From a virus, in the IMG/VR virus record IMGVR_UViG_3300030433_002667, positions 470-64,469 of that record: a stretch of 64,000 nt of DNA; one strand, written 5' to 3'. How positions within the stretch are numbered: position 1 is the first letter of the stretch; each line of letters opens with the position of its first letter. A program made the position numbers and the translations under genes. This document shows positions 1-9,053 of this stretch, piece after piece. The notes under the pieces are model-generated. The model was not told the origin of the DNA, searched no databases, and saw nothing but the letters and a program-made list of their open reading frames with translations.

Positions 1-2
1 GC

Positions 3-1262
3 CCAGCCAACGTCAAGTTCAATTGGAAGAATGAACTAAACAAATGGCTACCCAACGAAGATGTCCAAGTCATCAGCAAGGGGAAGGATGAGGTGAAGCA
101 TACTGACATCGTGGTCATCAACTACGACCTGATGCACAAGAAGCAAACGGAACTGATGTGCATAGCCCCACGTCTCGTGGTGCTTGATGAGGTCCACTAC
201 CTCAAGAACTCAGGGAGTAAGGACAAGCCAGTCAAGCGCACTGTTGCAACATTGACTGTAGCCAAATCTTCTCCGAAAGTCATCGCTTTGTCTGGGACTG
301 CAATTTCAAGCAGGCCCAAGGAATTCTTCAACACACTCAACCTGATGCGACCCGAACAGTTCTCTTCGTTCTGGAACTTCGCTCAGCGTTATTGCGACCC
401 GTGGCACAACGGTTGGTCATGGAACTTTGATGGGGCCAGCCATGTCAAGGAACTGAACGAGCGTACTCGTGACCTATGTATTCGTAGGCTCAAGAGCGAA
501 GTGCTTCCTGAACTGCCACCCAAGACTCGCTCTTTCCTCCCTATCCATTTGACTAAAAGCCAGCGAGAGGAATATGATTTATCTCAGGAGGAATGGGACC
601 GTCGCATCAATGACCACTACCTGAACTCAGAGCCATTGCCTCCGGGCATGATGCTCAACATGCTCAGTGACCTAAGGCACATCTGTGGTAGAACCAAGAT
701 ACCTTTTGCAACTGACTGGATAGCAGATTATCATCGACAGACTGGCAAGCCAATTGTAGTATTCGCTCATCATCGTGATGTAATTAGTGGCTTGGTCAAA
801 CAACTCAATGCTGTAAAGCAGTATCAAAGTATGAATGTAGACACCATTACTGGTAGCGTGTCTTCAAAGAACCGGCAGAACATTGTGGATAATTTCCAGA
901 AGGGTGAGATTGATGTGCTCATCTGTAATACTGTTGCTGCCAAAGAAGGTATCACACTCACTGCGGCTGACACCGTTCTCTTCATTGAAAGAGAGTGGGT
1001 CCCTACCGACGAGGAACAGGCAGAAGACCGTGTGTATCGTATCGGACAAGAGAGCCAGCACGTACACGCAGTGTATCTATCGATTGCTGGAACAGTTGAT
1101 GAACACTTTGACCGTGTGGTTGAGAGTAAGCGTCAGGTTGTCAAGGCTGTCCTTGACGGTGGGGACATGGAGCAGCGTAAGGGATTGGTCAGTGAACTGG
1201 TCAAGAAACTAAAGCAGGAGAGAGGATGGAAAATGGAGGTAAAGGATTATGCCAACGTATGA
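3..1262 (+). CDS. SNF2-family (HARP/SMARCAL1-like) helicase, 5'-truncated by the window
   Basis: Frame is open from base 3 (PANVKFNWKNELNKW, motif Ia). Walker B VVLDEVHYLKN, motif III LSGT, motif V/VI AAKEGITLT...QAEDRVYRIGQ. Walker A lies upstream of the window. Confidence 0.9.
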   Translation, partial: PANVKFNWKNELNKWLPNEDVQVISKGKDEVKHTDIVVINYDLMHKKQTELMCIAPRLVVLDEVHYLKNSGSKDKPVKRTVATLTVAKSSPKVIALSGTAISSRPKEFFNTLNLMRPEQFSSFWNFAQRYCDPWHNGWSWNFDGASHVKELNERTRDLCIRRLKSEVLPELPPKTRSFLPIHLTKSQREEYDLSQEEWDRRINDHYLNSEPLPPGMMLNMLSDLRHICGRTKIPFATDWIADYHRQTGKPIVVFAHHRDVISGLVKQLNAVKQYQSMNVDTITGSVSSKNRQNIVDNFQKGEIDVLICNTVAAKEGITLTAADTVLFIEREWVPTDEEQAEDRVYRIGQESQHVHAVYLSIAGTVDEHFDRVVESKRQVVKAVLDGGDMEQRKGLVSELVKKLKQERGWKMEVKDYANV

Positions 1263-1632
1263 AGGAATGAAGAAAGAGTTTGATGGTAGATGGGACTTGA
1301 CGAAGGCCGAACATATTCTGAAGCAAATGGATGAGATTCTAAGAATATATGATGGTCGGTTTGATGAAGAAGGATTTGAGCAGGTTTGCTTGAACTTCTT
1401 CAAAGATGTAGCGGAGGCTAACTTAGACCACGATACCTATGTATCGCATAAGAAAGGTACGTTTCCTAAGAGACCGGGTAAAGCAGGTATCTCTCATGTA
1501 GTATGGGAAGTGCTTGACCCTAAACCATTCGGGTCATTGCACGGGGTACAGAGGAAAGGTGTTGCTCAGCCTCTTGAGCCTGCTGGTCAAGAGCCTGACG
1601 AATTTCCTCTTGGGTCCAAGAGACAGGACTGA
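1249..1632 (+). CDS. Hypothetical protein (127 aa)
   Basis: Start overlaps the helicase stop, after GGAGGT. The 3' end overlaps the convergent kinase-like gene by 113 nt. No motif recognised. Confidence 0.55.
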   Translation: MPTYEGMKKEFDGRWDLTKAEHILKQMDEILRIYDGRFDEEGFEQVCLNFFKDVAEANLDHDTYVSHKKGTFPKRPGKAGISHVVWEVLDPKPFGSLHGVQRKGVAQPLEPAGQEPDEFPLGSKRQD

Positions 1633-2386
1633 GTTGCTGATACTGGTCAGCACTCTGATACCACGGTTCCATGACCTCCTGAATGTCAGCAGACTCTGTA
1701 GGAATCTCAGAGGCAACTCTACGAATCTGAGCAGGGTCGTGTCCTATTAGTCTAGGTGGTATTAGGCGAGCATGATAGGATTGTGGGTCAGCGAACATCG
1801 GGTCAATCATTCGTAAGTCAGTCTGGATACCTCTTCTACCTAACTCAGGTATCATCTGAGGTGGTACAAATCCTTTTTGTCCTTGTGCCATAGCCGCCCA
1901 GTTTTCAGGCTTAGCATCCCATAGTTTCATCGCTTGGGCCAGTGGATAGTGCTCATACAAATCCATGAGAATTTCTCTCCTCATTGGCTTGTTCTCTCTA
2001 CTGAATACACCCTCGCCTTGGATAGGTGTACCTCTCGCTTGAGTGGTGAACACTGGGAATGTTTGGTAAGGATTGTATTGTCGCATCTGCTCCCCACCTG
2101 TACCAACTTCCCACCCCTCTGGTAATTCATGAGCGCCGCCCGGTGCTCTTTCAAATTCTTCAGGGGCGACCAGTTCAGGATGTTCCTCCGCTAATCTACC
2201 GGCGAGTATATGACTGGCCACATTGAATGGCCCACCTACCTTGGTAACACGAGGAGGACCTGTACGAAAGTCTTCAGGCTCTTCTACAGCAGCACGCCAA
2301 GACCCATGTCCCAATATTTCATCAAGAGACTGGGGCATGTATGCAGCCTTGAGAAGCATCCATGCTTGCTCAAACGCTGCGGTCAT
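1520..2386 (-). CDS. Protein-kinase-like fold enzyme with N-terminal AW-x-x-LK leader
   Basis: Gly-loop LGHGSWR (res 25-31), beta3 Lys in RVTK49, catalytic loop D157AKPEN162, and metal-binding Asp in RMID195, in the correct order. Leader MTAAFEQAWMLLK-A. It is the only real minus-strand gene in the replication block. Confidence 0.65.
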   Translation of the reverse strand: MTAAFEQAWMLLKAAYMPQSLDEILGHGSWRAAVEEPEDFRTGPPRVTKVGGPFNVASHILAGRLAEEHPELVAPEEFERAPGGAHELPEGWEVGTGGEQMRQYNPYQTFPVFTTQARGTPIQGEGVFSRENKPMRREILMDLYEHYPLAQAMKLWDAKPENWAAMAQGQKGFVPPQMIPELGRRGIQTDLRMIDPMFADPQSYHARLIPPRLIGHDPAQIRRVASEIPTESADIQEVMEPWYQSADQYQQLSPVSWTQEEIRQALDQQAQEAEQHLSSVPRAMTRMV

Positions 2387-2443
2387 GGTGTTCGCAGAGC
2401 AAAGTCAGACTTAGACTTTTGCCGAAAACAAGCCACCAGATAC

Positions 2444-2467
2444 TTTTGCTTATAAATACCAAAGAGA
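2444..2467 (+). promoter_or_regulatory. TATA-containing 24-bp promoter motif, copy 1
   Basis: TTTTGCTTATAAATACCAAAGAGA in the divergent intergenic gap; 22/24 identical to the copy at 6801-6824. Confidence 0.7.
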
Positions 2468-2527
2468 AGTATTTCTCTGAGAATCGGAAACCAAAAGAAC
2501 CGATGAGATATAGGAGACACGAGAGAG

Positions 2528-4075
2528 ATGAACGATATTGTAGTAATTGGAAAAGTAACAGGCAGCACAGCGAACCTTGTAGAAGTGGAATACCCGTCGA
2601 TGGTAGGTGTGAATCACATCCGTATACCACGTACATTAGTGGGTCGCTTAGAGCGAATCAGCAACGGACGTGTTGCAGTGTTAGTGCGAACTGATGACAG
2701 TGCCCGTGGGCAAGAGATTGATGACATTCTAATCAATCAGCATGCGCCACTGCATGTCACTGATGAGCACATGAACATTGTAATGGCCATGGAGAACAAC
2801 GAGCCTATGCCGGGAGATAGTGCAGAGAATGATGACGAAGTACCCATGTGGTCTAACGAAGCATCGCTTTCCATCACTGTAGACGGAGTAGAAGCGGGAC
2901 CAGCAGGTCCATTCGACGATATGCTGTATGCAGGTGGTCGTAAGGAGAAGGCGAGTATTGATTGGGACTTTGACCCAGTCCGTAAGCCTGCCTTCGTTGT
3001 CCACGAGAGCAACGAGAACACCAGCATGGGTGCAACGGTGGCCCGTGTGAATGGTCCGTCAGGTGAACCTGCGGCGTATCACATATTCAATCCGCACTAT
3101 GCTGAAGAGAAGCGACCAGCAGGTGCTTACCTTGGTACATTCAGTGCATCCTACTACCCTATGCCTTACCGCAAGGGATTCGGCCCTGTCCTTGACTTGG
3201 CCGCCGAGAAGGGTTGGCCTGCTCAAGTGATTGCATGGGACGAAGGTAAGCGAGCAGCATGCTTCTGCGACGTAACTACCAGCGTTGATTGGGAAAGTGC
3301 AGGTAGGTCTCTTGGAGACAAGTGGCAACAACGTGGCTTTGTTAAGACAGGTGATTACCGAATTGGAATTGCAATTCACAACAGTTTGGATGGTTCTTCT
3401 GCATTCAAGGTTCAGGCAGTGGCTGAGCGCTTGGCATGTACGAATGGTATGGTCATGGGTGACCGTGCCACATTGGTTAACCTCAAGCACACAAAGGGTG
3501 TGCTGGGCAACTACGATTTCGATAGCCTTGCTGACAAAATCAGCGAGGTCATTCAGGCCGCAGCGGATGAGATTATCGTTGCGGAATCTATGCGTGGGAT
3601 TGAAGTGAACCGTGATACCTTTGAGAAACTCATGACCATTTGTGAGCGAAAGGGATTGATTACCAAGCCTACACTCAAGCGTGATGATGAAGGCAATGTG
3701 GTATCCATTAACCGTGGCCACATGTGGAGACTCATGGGACAAGGATGGACTAAGCCTTCTGAGTCTTGGGTCGCTGTCAGTGGTGAGGATAAGGGAACAC
3801 TATACCACGCTTACAATATCCTGACTGGTGCAATCACTCACAAGCCGACTTGGACTGATGGGACTGCTGTACTGAATGGTAGCACGATGAACTTCAATAC
3901 CTTCCATGACCGATTGCACACAGTGCACAAGGTTCTCGGAGATTTGACCAAGGATGTGTACAACAAACTAGATATGACCGAGACGCAGGACCTGCACACT
4001 ACCAAGAGCGCTTCTGCCAACATTCTGGCCGAGCGCCTTGCGAATGTCCCGATGTTTTCGGAGGTGCTGCACTGA
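2528..4075 (+). CDS. DUF932-family protein
   Basis: Motif IAIHNSLDGSSAF...ERLACTNGMV is typical of DUF932/DUF945 proteins of mobile elements. Preceded by a GGAG RBS. Confidence 0.7.
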   Translation: MNDIVVIGKVTGSTANLVEVEYPSMVGVNHIRIPRTLVGRLERISNGRVAVLVRTDDSARGQEIDDILINQHAPLHVTDEHMNIVMAMENNEPMPGDSAENDDEVPMWSNEASLSITVDGVEAGPAGPFDDMLYAGGRKEKASIDWDFDPVRKPAFVVHESNENTSMGATVARVNGPSGEPAAYHIFNPHYAEEKRPAGAYLGTFSASYYPMPYRKGFGPVLDLAAEKGWPAQVIAWDEGKRAACFCDVTTSVDWESAGRSLGDKWQQRGFVKTGDYRIGIAIHNSLDGSSAFKVQAVAERLACTNGMVMGDRATLVNLKHTKGVLGNYDFDSLADKISEVIQAAADEIIVAESMRGIEVNRDTFEKLMTICERKGLITKPTLKRDDEGNVVSINRGHMWRLMGQGWTKPSESWVAVSGEDKGTLYHAYNILTGAITHKPTWTDGTAVLNGSTMNFNTFHDRLHTVHKVLGDLTKDVYNKLDMTETQDLHTTKSASANILAERLANVPMFSEVLH

Positions 4076-4086
4076 GTAATGAGGTC

Positions 4087-4401
4087 ATGGAAGCCAAGGA
4101 TATTGACAAGGATGGCAACTGGACTTATTTAGGGCACACTGAGTCTCTGCTCGGAGCCACCCTTCCTGTCCCTAACAATGTTAGGAGGCAGGGGGGTGGC
4201 GATGAAGAGCAACAGGTCTTGATGCTCATTGATGCCAAACAGCATTTCAGTCAACATTGCCCTGAGTGCAAATCGGAATTACCTGATGATACGATTATTC
4301 TGATAATGCCTCATGCAAAGATGATGCCAGTTAAGTGTTGCAATTCAATTATATGGATGACAGATAGGAGAGGGAATTATGGAAGAACAGACTACACCTG
4401 A
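4087..4401 (+). CDS. Small Cys-containing (zinc-finger-like) protein
   Basis: CPEC...CC pattern; GAGGT RBS; co-directional within the operon. Confidence 0.6.
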   Translation: MEAKDIDKDGNWTYLGHTESLLGATLPVPNNVRRQGGGDEEQQVLMLIDAKQHFSQHCPECKSELPDDTIILIMPHAKMMPVKCCNSIIWMTDRRGNYGRTDYT

Positions 4402-5083
4402 GATAGAGATTAAGCAGATACTTGAGCGACTAAGAATGAACGGAATGTGGGAACCGGGAGGTCTAGGTCTCACGTATGTGAGGACTGGAGAGAAGAGCCT
4501 ACAGTTGATACAACAGCATAACAACCCGACGGCTGCGCAGGCCCGCATTAGGATGCGCCTGTTGCTCCAGAGTGTTGATTGGGAGATTGATGAGAGCGAA
4601 GTCAATCTCATTGATGTGCAACAATTGAGTCCTCAGGAACAACACATGCAGGAGATGATGATGCGACAGCAGGCGGCCCAGCAATGGCCATGCCCCAGTT
4701 GCGAAACTCCTTTGGCAGCATTCCCATTGGAAGATGGTAAATGGACCTTTGATGGTCAGGAAGAGATGCTGCTCCCTAATGGTGAAATAGAGAAGGTTGA
4801 ACAGTGGTCAGTTGTTATCGACTGCCCAGTGTGTGACACATCCGTTCCTATGGAACCATACGATTACGGCCTGCTTGCAGGAGATGATGTGATGTTGTCT
4901 TACAAATCAGACAAGGTTATCTTCACTGCACTGTCTCGCCCTGAAATCATTGGGATTATAGACGAGAAGAAGAGTGATGAGATTATTGTGACAGGGACAT
5001 TCTGTCCGTTTTATGGAACACTATTGCCACCACACGTGCGTGGAGCGGTAGTTCGATTTGAAGCGATAGGTGAGGAAGAGTGA
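4379..5083 (+). CDS. Zinc-ribbon-containing hypothetical protein
   Basis: CPSC...CPVC pair; GGAGAGGG RBS; 234 aa. Confidence 0.7.
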   Translation: MEEQTTPEIEIKQILERLRMNGMWEPGGLGLTYVRTGEKSLQLIQQHNNPTAAQARIRMRLLLQSVDWEIDESEVNLIDVQQLSPQEQHMQEMMMRQQAAQQWPCPSCETPLAAFPLEDGKWTFDGQEEMLLPNGEIEKVEQWSVVIDCPVCDTSVPMEPYDYGLLAGDDVMLSYKSDKVIFTALSRPEIIGIIDEKKSDEIIVTGTFCPFYGTLLPPHVRGAVVRFEAIGEEE

Positions 5084-5349
5084 GGGGATTCAACCAGACC
5101 ATCAAGTGGCGTGTCCCTGCTACCTCTTCCAAGTGGAAGGGTAAGGCAGAGGTCGTCATGAGTGTCGCTGACCCGATTGGTGAGAGACCTGCCCTAATCG
5201 ATATCCGAGTTAGACGCACATCAGAGCATCCGAATGGTGAGGGTTTCACGAGAGAGGGCGTGAGACTGAGTCAAGAAGATGCCAGTTCTTTGGTTAAAGC
5301 AATTGAACATGCCCTCACGGAACTGAGGGAAACAGATGTTACTGGCTGA
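5080..5349 (+). CDS. PC4/YdbC-like ssDNA-binding protein
   Basis: IDIRVR...G.GFTREGVRLS...L..A matches the PC4 pattern DIR...G..P.KKG(I/V).L; size 89 aa. Confidence 0.6.
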   Translation: MRGFNQTIKWRVPATSSKWKGKAEVVMSVADPIGERPALIDIRVRRTSEHPNGEGFTREGVRLSQEDASSLVKAIEHALTELRETDVTG

Positions 5350-6796
5350 GGCAGCAGACATCGCTGAAAATCTCAGGCGATTGCATAGGAAATACCTCGT
5401 GGATAGGGAGAATCGTTCTGCCTATTTCCGTGAAATACTTGACACTGTTAGGCAAGCGACACAGAATGCACAGGATGATTTGGAGGAATTGGTTGAGATT
5501 TTGTATCCACGCTACTCCAAGTACCAGCGACAGTTCAGTAGCATCAGAGAGATTCGTGATGACGCCTGTAAGAAACTGAGTATCTCCCCTCTCGTATGGG
5601 ACGAGGCATTGGCAGGCAAACCGATGGTTCCTCTGCTGGCTCTTGAGTCCCCTGAGTATGGGGGCGAGGGGATGACTGTCAAGGATGCGCTCAATCTCAT
5701 GGGCAGGATTCCAGACATAGGCTTCCTTGAAATTGCCAGCAAAATGAATGAGAAAGAAGCACTGTTGTTCTGGTCAAGGGCATTGGACGAGCGACCCATG
5801 ATGCCTATCGATAGATTCCTACAGGTTATTTCTTACCTGACTGACGGCAACGCTCAGAGCCTAACTGCTATCAGACGAATGCTTGAGACTATGCACCCCT
5901 CTGAAGTGATGGCCAAGTTGTTCGGTGAACAGATGGTGAACACGACTGTATCTACCCCTGTACAACCCGGTCAAGCGTTCAAGGGCCCAATCTATAGAGC
6001 GTGGAATAAGATGACCACACCGGGTGAAGTATACGCAGAGGTCATCAGTAAGCCTCGTCGTTATCTGCACATCACTGAGTTCCCGAAAGGGACATTCAAG
6101 GGCGTGCTATACAATAGAGATAGACAGGTGGTAGGTAAAGTAAGTAGTCTGCCATACACAGGTAGCGAGGCTATCTTTGAAGTAGAGGCAGACGCCAGTA
6201 AGTTACACTTTGTTACAGATATATTGGCACTCGGTGATGATTGGGATATTCACAAACTACCCTACGCTGACAGGGTAGCATATCTCAACCGTTTGGATTT
6301 CACTATCCCTGTCAAGACAGGAAAGTTCCTAGAGGCCTCCGTAGATTACAGCCATTTGCTTGAGACTCTGGAAGCACAAGAGAGACTCCGACTTACATCA
6401 CCGGGGCCCATGGTCGTTGGAGGCGATGGTGGCTGGTTGATTCTGAAAGACGCATTCCATATCCACCTGCTCGTGAGCGCCATCAAGAAAGACGATGAGT
6501 TCAATACTCACGTGCGCCTTGCTGCTATGGATGGGTACGAGATGTATGAGGTGGGCGAACTACAGGTTCCGCTCGGCCCCGCTCAACACATGCGACAGCG
6601 ACTTGCGCAACAGGGTCTGCTTGCAGGCCAGAACTGGTTACCTGCAGATGAGTACGGGCTTGTGGTTATGCTGGAGATAGGTGAGTTCAGCCTGAGCGAC
6701 CTATCTGTAAAGAGAGCCACGTTAGAGTACGTAGATGACAACATGGGATACAGTGATGTTTCTCAACTAACTGACCTCATCGAAATGGGGCACTGA
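5336..6796 (+). CDS. ATP-dependent DNA ligase-fold protein with degenerate catalytic motifs
   Basis: DBD-like N-terminus, then ligase-type motifs in order: I YAEVISKPRRYLH (ExKxDGxR expected), III IFEVE, IIIa HFVTDILAL followed by LPYADRVAYL, V WLILK, then an OB-like C-terminus. The adenylated Lys is replaced by Ile. Confidence 0.6.
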   Translation: MLLAEAADIAENLRRLHRKYLVDRENRSAYFREILDTVRQATQNAQDDLEELVEILYPRYSKYQRQFSSIREIRDDACKKLSISPLVWDEALAGKPMVPLLALESPEYGGEGMTVKDALNLMGRIPDIGFLEIASKMNEKEALLFWSRALDERPMMPIDRFLQVISYLTDGNAQSLTAIRRMLETMHPSEVMAKLFGEQMVNTTVSTPVQPGQAFKGPIYRAWNKMTTPGEVYAEVISKPRRYLHITEFPKGTFKGVLYNRDRQVVGKVSSLPYTGSEAIFEVEADASKLHFVTDILALGDDWDIHKLPYADRVAYLNRLDFTIPVKTGKFLEASVDYSHLLETLEAQERLRLTSPGPMVVGGDGGWLILKDAFHIHLLVSAIKKDDEFNTHVRLAAMDGYEMYEVGELQVPLGPAQHMRQRLAQQGLLAGQNWLPADEYGLVVMLEIGEFSLSDLSVKRATLEYVDDNMGYSDVSQLTDLIEMGH

Positions 6797-6800
6797 AGAC

Positions 6801-6824
6801 TTTTGGTTATAAATAACAAAGAGA
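6801..6824 (+). promoter_or_regulatory. TATA-containing 24-bp promoter motif, copy 2
   Basis: TTTTGGTTATAAATAACAAAGAGA between the ligase-like gene and RFC; near-identical to 2444-2467. Confidence 0.7.
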
Positions 6825-6835
6825 GAGGAGTTAAC

Positions 6836-7777
6836 ATGATTTACCGAGAAAAGTACCGACCCAACACTCTCACCGAACTGGTGGGATGTGATGAGTTCGT
6901 CGGTCATGCTCAGGGATGGACGCTGGATGAGTGTCCTCCTAATTTACTCTTCGTAGGCCCACCGGGTACAGGGAAGACCAGTGCAGCCAATGCACTTGCC
7001 CGTGATTTGATGGGTGAGTTCTTTGACCCTATCAACTACATCAAGTCCAATGCGAGCGATGATAGAGGCATCGACGCTGTAAGAGAACTCAAGCGAACCA
7101 GCAAGCAGAAGGGGATAGGTGTATCCCGACGTGTATTCGTATTGGATGAGGCTGACCAGTTCACATCTGCGGCGCAGAAGGCCCTACGTCAAGTCATGGA
7201 AGACAGTCATGGCACTGCAATCTTCATCCTGACAGCCAATGACATTGGCCCTATACACAGCGCAATCAGAGACAGGTGCATGACTTACACATTCAAGCCG
7301 CTGTCTAACACCGAGGCATACTCTCGGCTACATCACATTCTACAGGAAGAGGGGCTACCTAAACAATGGGCAGAGCACTTTGATGCACTGAACCAACTGT
7401 CCAGTGGTAGCCTAAGGAAATCGATAGATACGCTTGAGGCATTACCGAATACGGATGATGCTTTACTGGAGCACCTTAAGCGTGACACTGCGGCCCTAAA
7501 CAGGGCTGCACTAAACCTGATGGGTAGCGACTTCCCACAGGTGACTGCCCTGCTTACCATGGCATTGGAGTCAGGAAACAGTCGCCTTGGAGTTCTCAAG
7601 GGACTCCGTTATCGTGCCAAACCACTCATGGAGAGTGAAGATGATTGGCACAAATTCATGCTCACATACGGCGAGTTCGTCATGTTAGCCACGCAGTGGC
7701 CAGACGATGACTTGGCGTTTGTGGAATACTTTGTAGCAAAGTTGAAGAAAAATATGGAGGCAAAACCAAATGAGTGA
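6836..7777 (+). CDS. rfcS: Replication factor C small subunit (clamp loader)
   Basis: EKYRP, Walker A GPPGTGKT, NASDDRGID, Walker B LDEAD...AQKALR, SRC-like IRDRC. ATG 6836 follows GAGGAG; the track's upstream start at 6803 runs through the promoter motif. Confidence 0.9.
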   Translation: MIYREKYRPNTLTELVGCDEFVGHAQGWTLDECPPNLLFVGPPGTGKTSAANALARDLMGEFFDPINYIKSNASDDRGIDAVRELKRTSKQKGIGVSRRVFVLDEADQFTSAAQKALRQVMEDSHGTAIFILTANDIGPIHSAIRDRCMTYTFKPLSNTEAYSRLHHILQEEGLPKQWAEHFDALNQLSSGSLRKSIDTLEALPNTDDALLEHLKRDTAALNRAALNLMGSDFPQVTALLTMALESGNSRLGVLKGLRYRAKPLMESEDDWHKFMLTYGEFVMLATQWPDDDLAFVEYFVAKLKKNMEAKPNE

Positions 7778-9053
7778 AAATGAAGAAAATAGAAAATGGC
7801 CATCGGATGTGCTTGAGCGCCTACGAGGCTATGCAGAACGTACCGGTGTGCAAGTAGGAGAAGCGGCTAACGAGTTCAAGGCTTGGCTGAAGAACGAGTA
7901 TAGCGTAGATGACCCTCTTGCGGAGGATGAGTTCTACCTAAGTCAATGGTCAGAACAATTCGTGATTGAAACCCGTAATCTAGGGGGCAGTCGTTCCTCT
8001 GGACGTGAGACAACAGCGTATGTTGGTATGCTGCTCGGTATCGAAGATACCACGAGAGACCAGCGAGCAAACGCCAAGGAGGCGGCGCTGAATCTCTACA
8101 AGAGCAACCGAGACCGTGCGATTGACGAAGGTCATATCGGGATTGTCACAGCCAAGGAAGGCATGTGGTATGTCAACGGTAAGGTCACGAACGAACGTGT
8201 GGATGGTAGCAACCTTCCTTGGTTCGGATTTGAGCATGGGGATTCGATTCTCTGCTTACTTAACACCCGCAACGAGGGCAAGCCGATGGCTCCGACATCC
8301 GTCTCTCGTACTGCATACTTCCTCGGTTCAGAGGAAGGTAGCAACGATATCAAGCAGTGGCGCATTAACTTGAGCAACAAGTCCATGGATGCGGATTACC
8401 AATTCCATAAGGCTTGTCGCATCCAAGTCATCCCACCGAGCCAAGAGGGACGTGATACTCTCTACACCAACCGTGATTTCCACGAGACCATTGAGTACAC
8501 TGACAATTTCGTACCGGAGCATCTGCGAGCAGAACTGCGCCCGGAGCGATTCCTCGTCAATGACCAAATGCACAGCGAAGTTGTAGACCTCAGCGAATTA
8601 GCAGAGGTTCACACTGACCGCAAGGTGCAACTACCCAGCGGAGTCACGCTCAACCCGACAGTCATTGTCAAGGGATTCGTGAGCCTACTCAACAAGGAAC
8701 CAATGAACAGTGAATACGATGCGACAGGTCGCTCATACCGTATGAGCGTCACCAGTCTGGCACTACAGTCTCGCAATGGTCGAGACAGCATGCATTCATC
8801 CGTGACTGTTTGGATTCCGGGTCGTCTACATGATGAACACCATCCGTTTGAGTTCACTGATGATAACGGCAATCTCGTACCATATGCTGAGCGCACTCAG
8901 GTCATCCTGTTTGGTCGCTTGAAGATGCGACCTTACAACAATGAGATGCTACCGAGCATCGGACTGCTGGGAATCCATGTACCTTCTCGCACTGCCCGAC
9001 CGGGCGGTGGAGCAGGTACTCCTACCCTCAATCAATTCGGAGGTGACCAGTGA
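7770..9053 (+). CDS. Putative OB-fold ssDNA-binding / RPA-like protein
   Basis: Helical N-terminus, beta-rich body and Gly-rich tail, located between RFC and the recombination ATPase. Called mainly from context. Confidence 0.35.
   Translation: MSENEENRKWPSDVLERLRGYAERTGVQVGEAANEFKAWLKNEYSVDDPLAEDEFYLSQWSEQFVIETRNLGGSRSSGRETTAYVGMLLGIEDTTRDQRANAKEAALNLYKSNRDRAIDEGHIGIVTAKEGMWYVNGKVTNERVDGSNLPWFGFEHGDSILCLLNTRNEGKPMAPTSVSRTAYFLGSEEGSNDIKQWRINLSNKSMDADYQFHKACRIQVIPPSQEGRDTLYTNRDFHETIEYTDNFVPEHLRAELRPERFLVNDQMHSEVVDLSELAEVHTDRKVQLPSGVTLNPTVIVKGFVSLLNKEPMNSEYDATGRSYRMSVTSLALQSRNGRDSMHSSVTVWIPGRLHDEHHPFEFTDDNGNLVPYAERTQVILFGRLKMRPYNNEMLPSIGLLGIHVPSRTARPGGGAGTPTLNQFGGDQ

Noticed and set aside
3059-3742. 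227-aa minus-strand ORF and the many similar antisense ORFs in the track (e.g. 9422-9874, 11332-11937, 26872-27435)
   Set aside because: They lie fully opposite well-supported genes, with no RBS or motifs; shadow ORFs.
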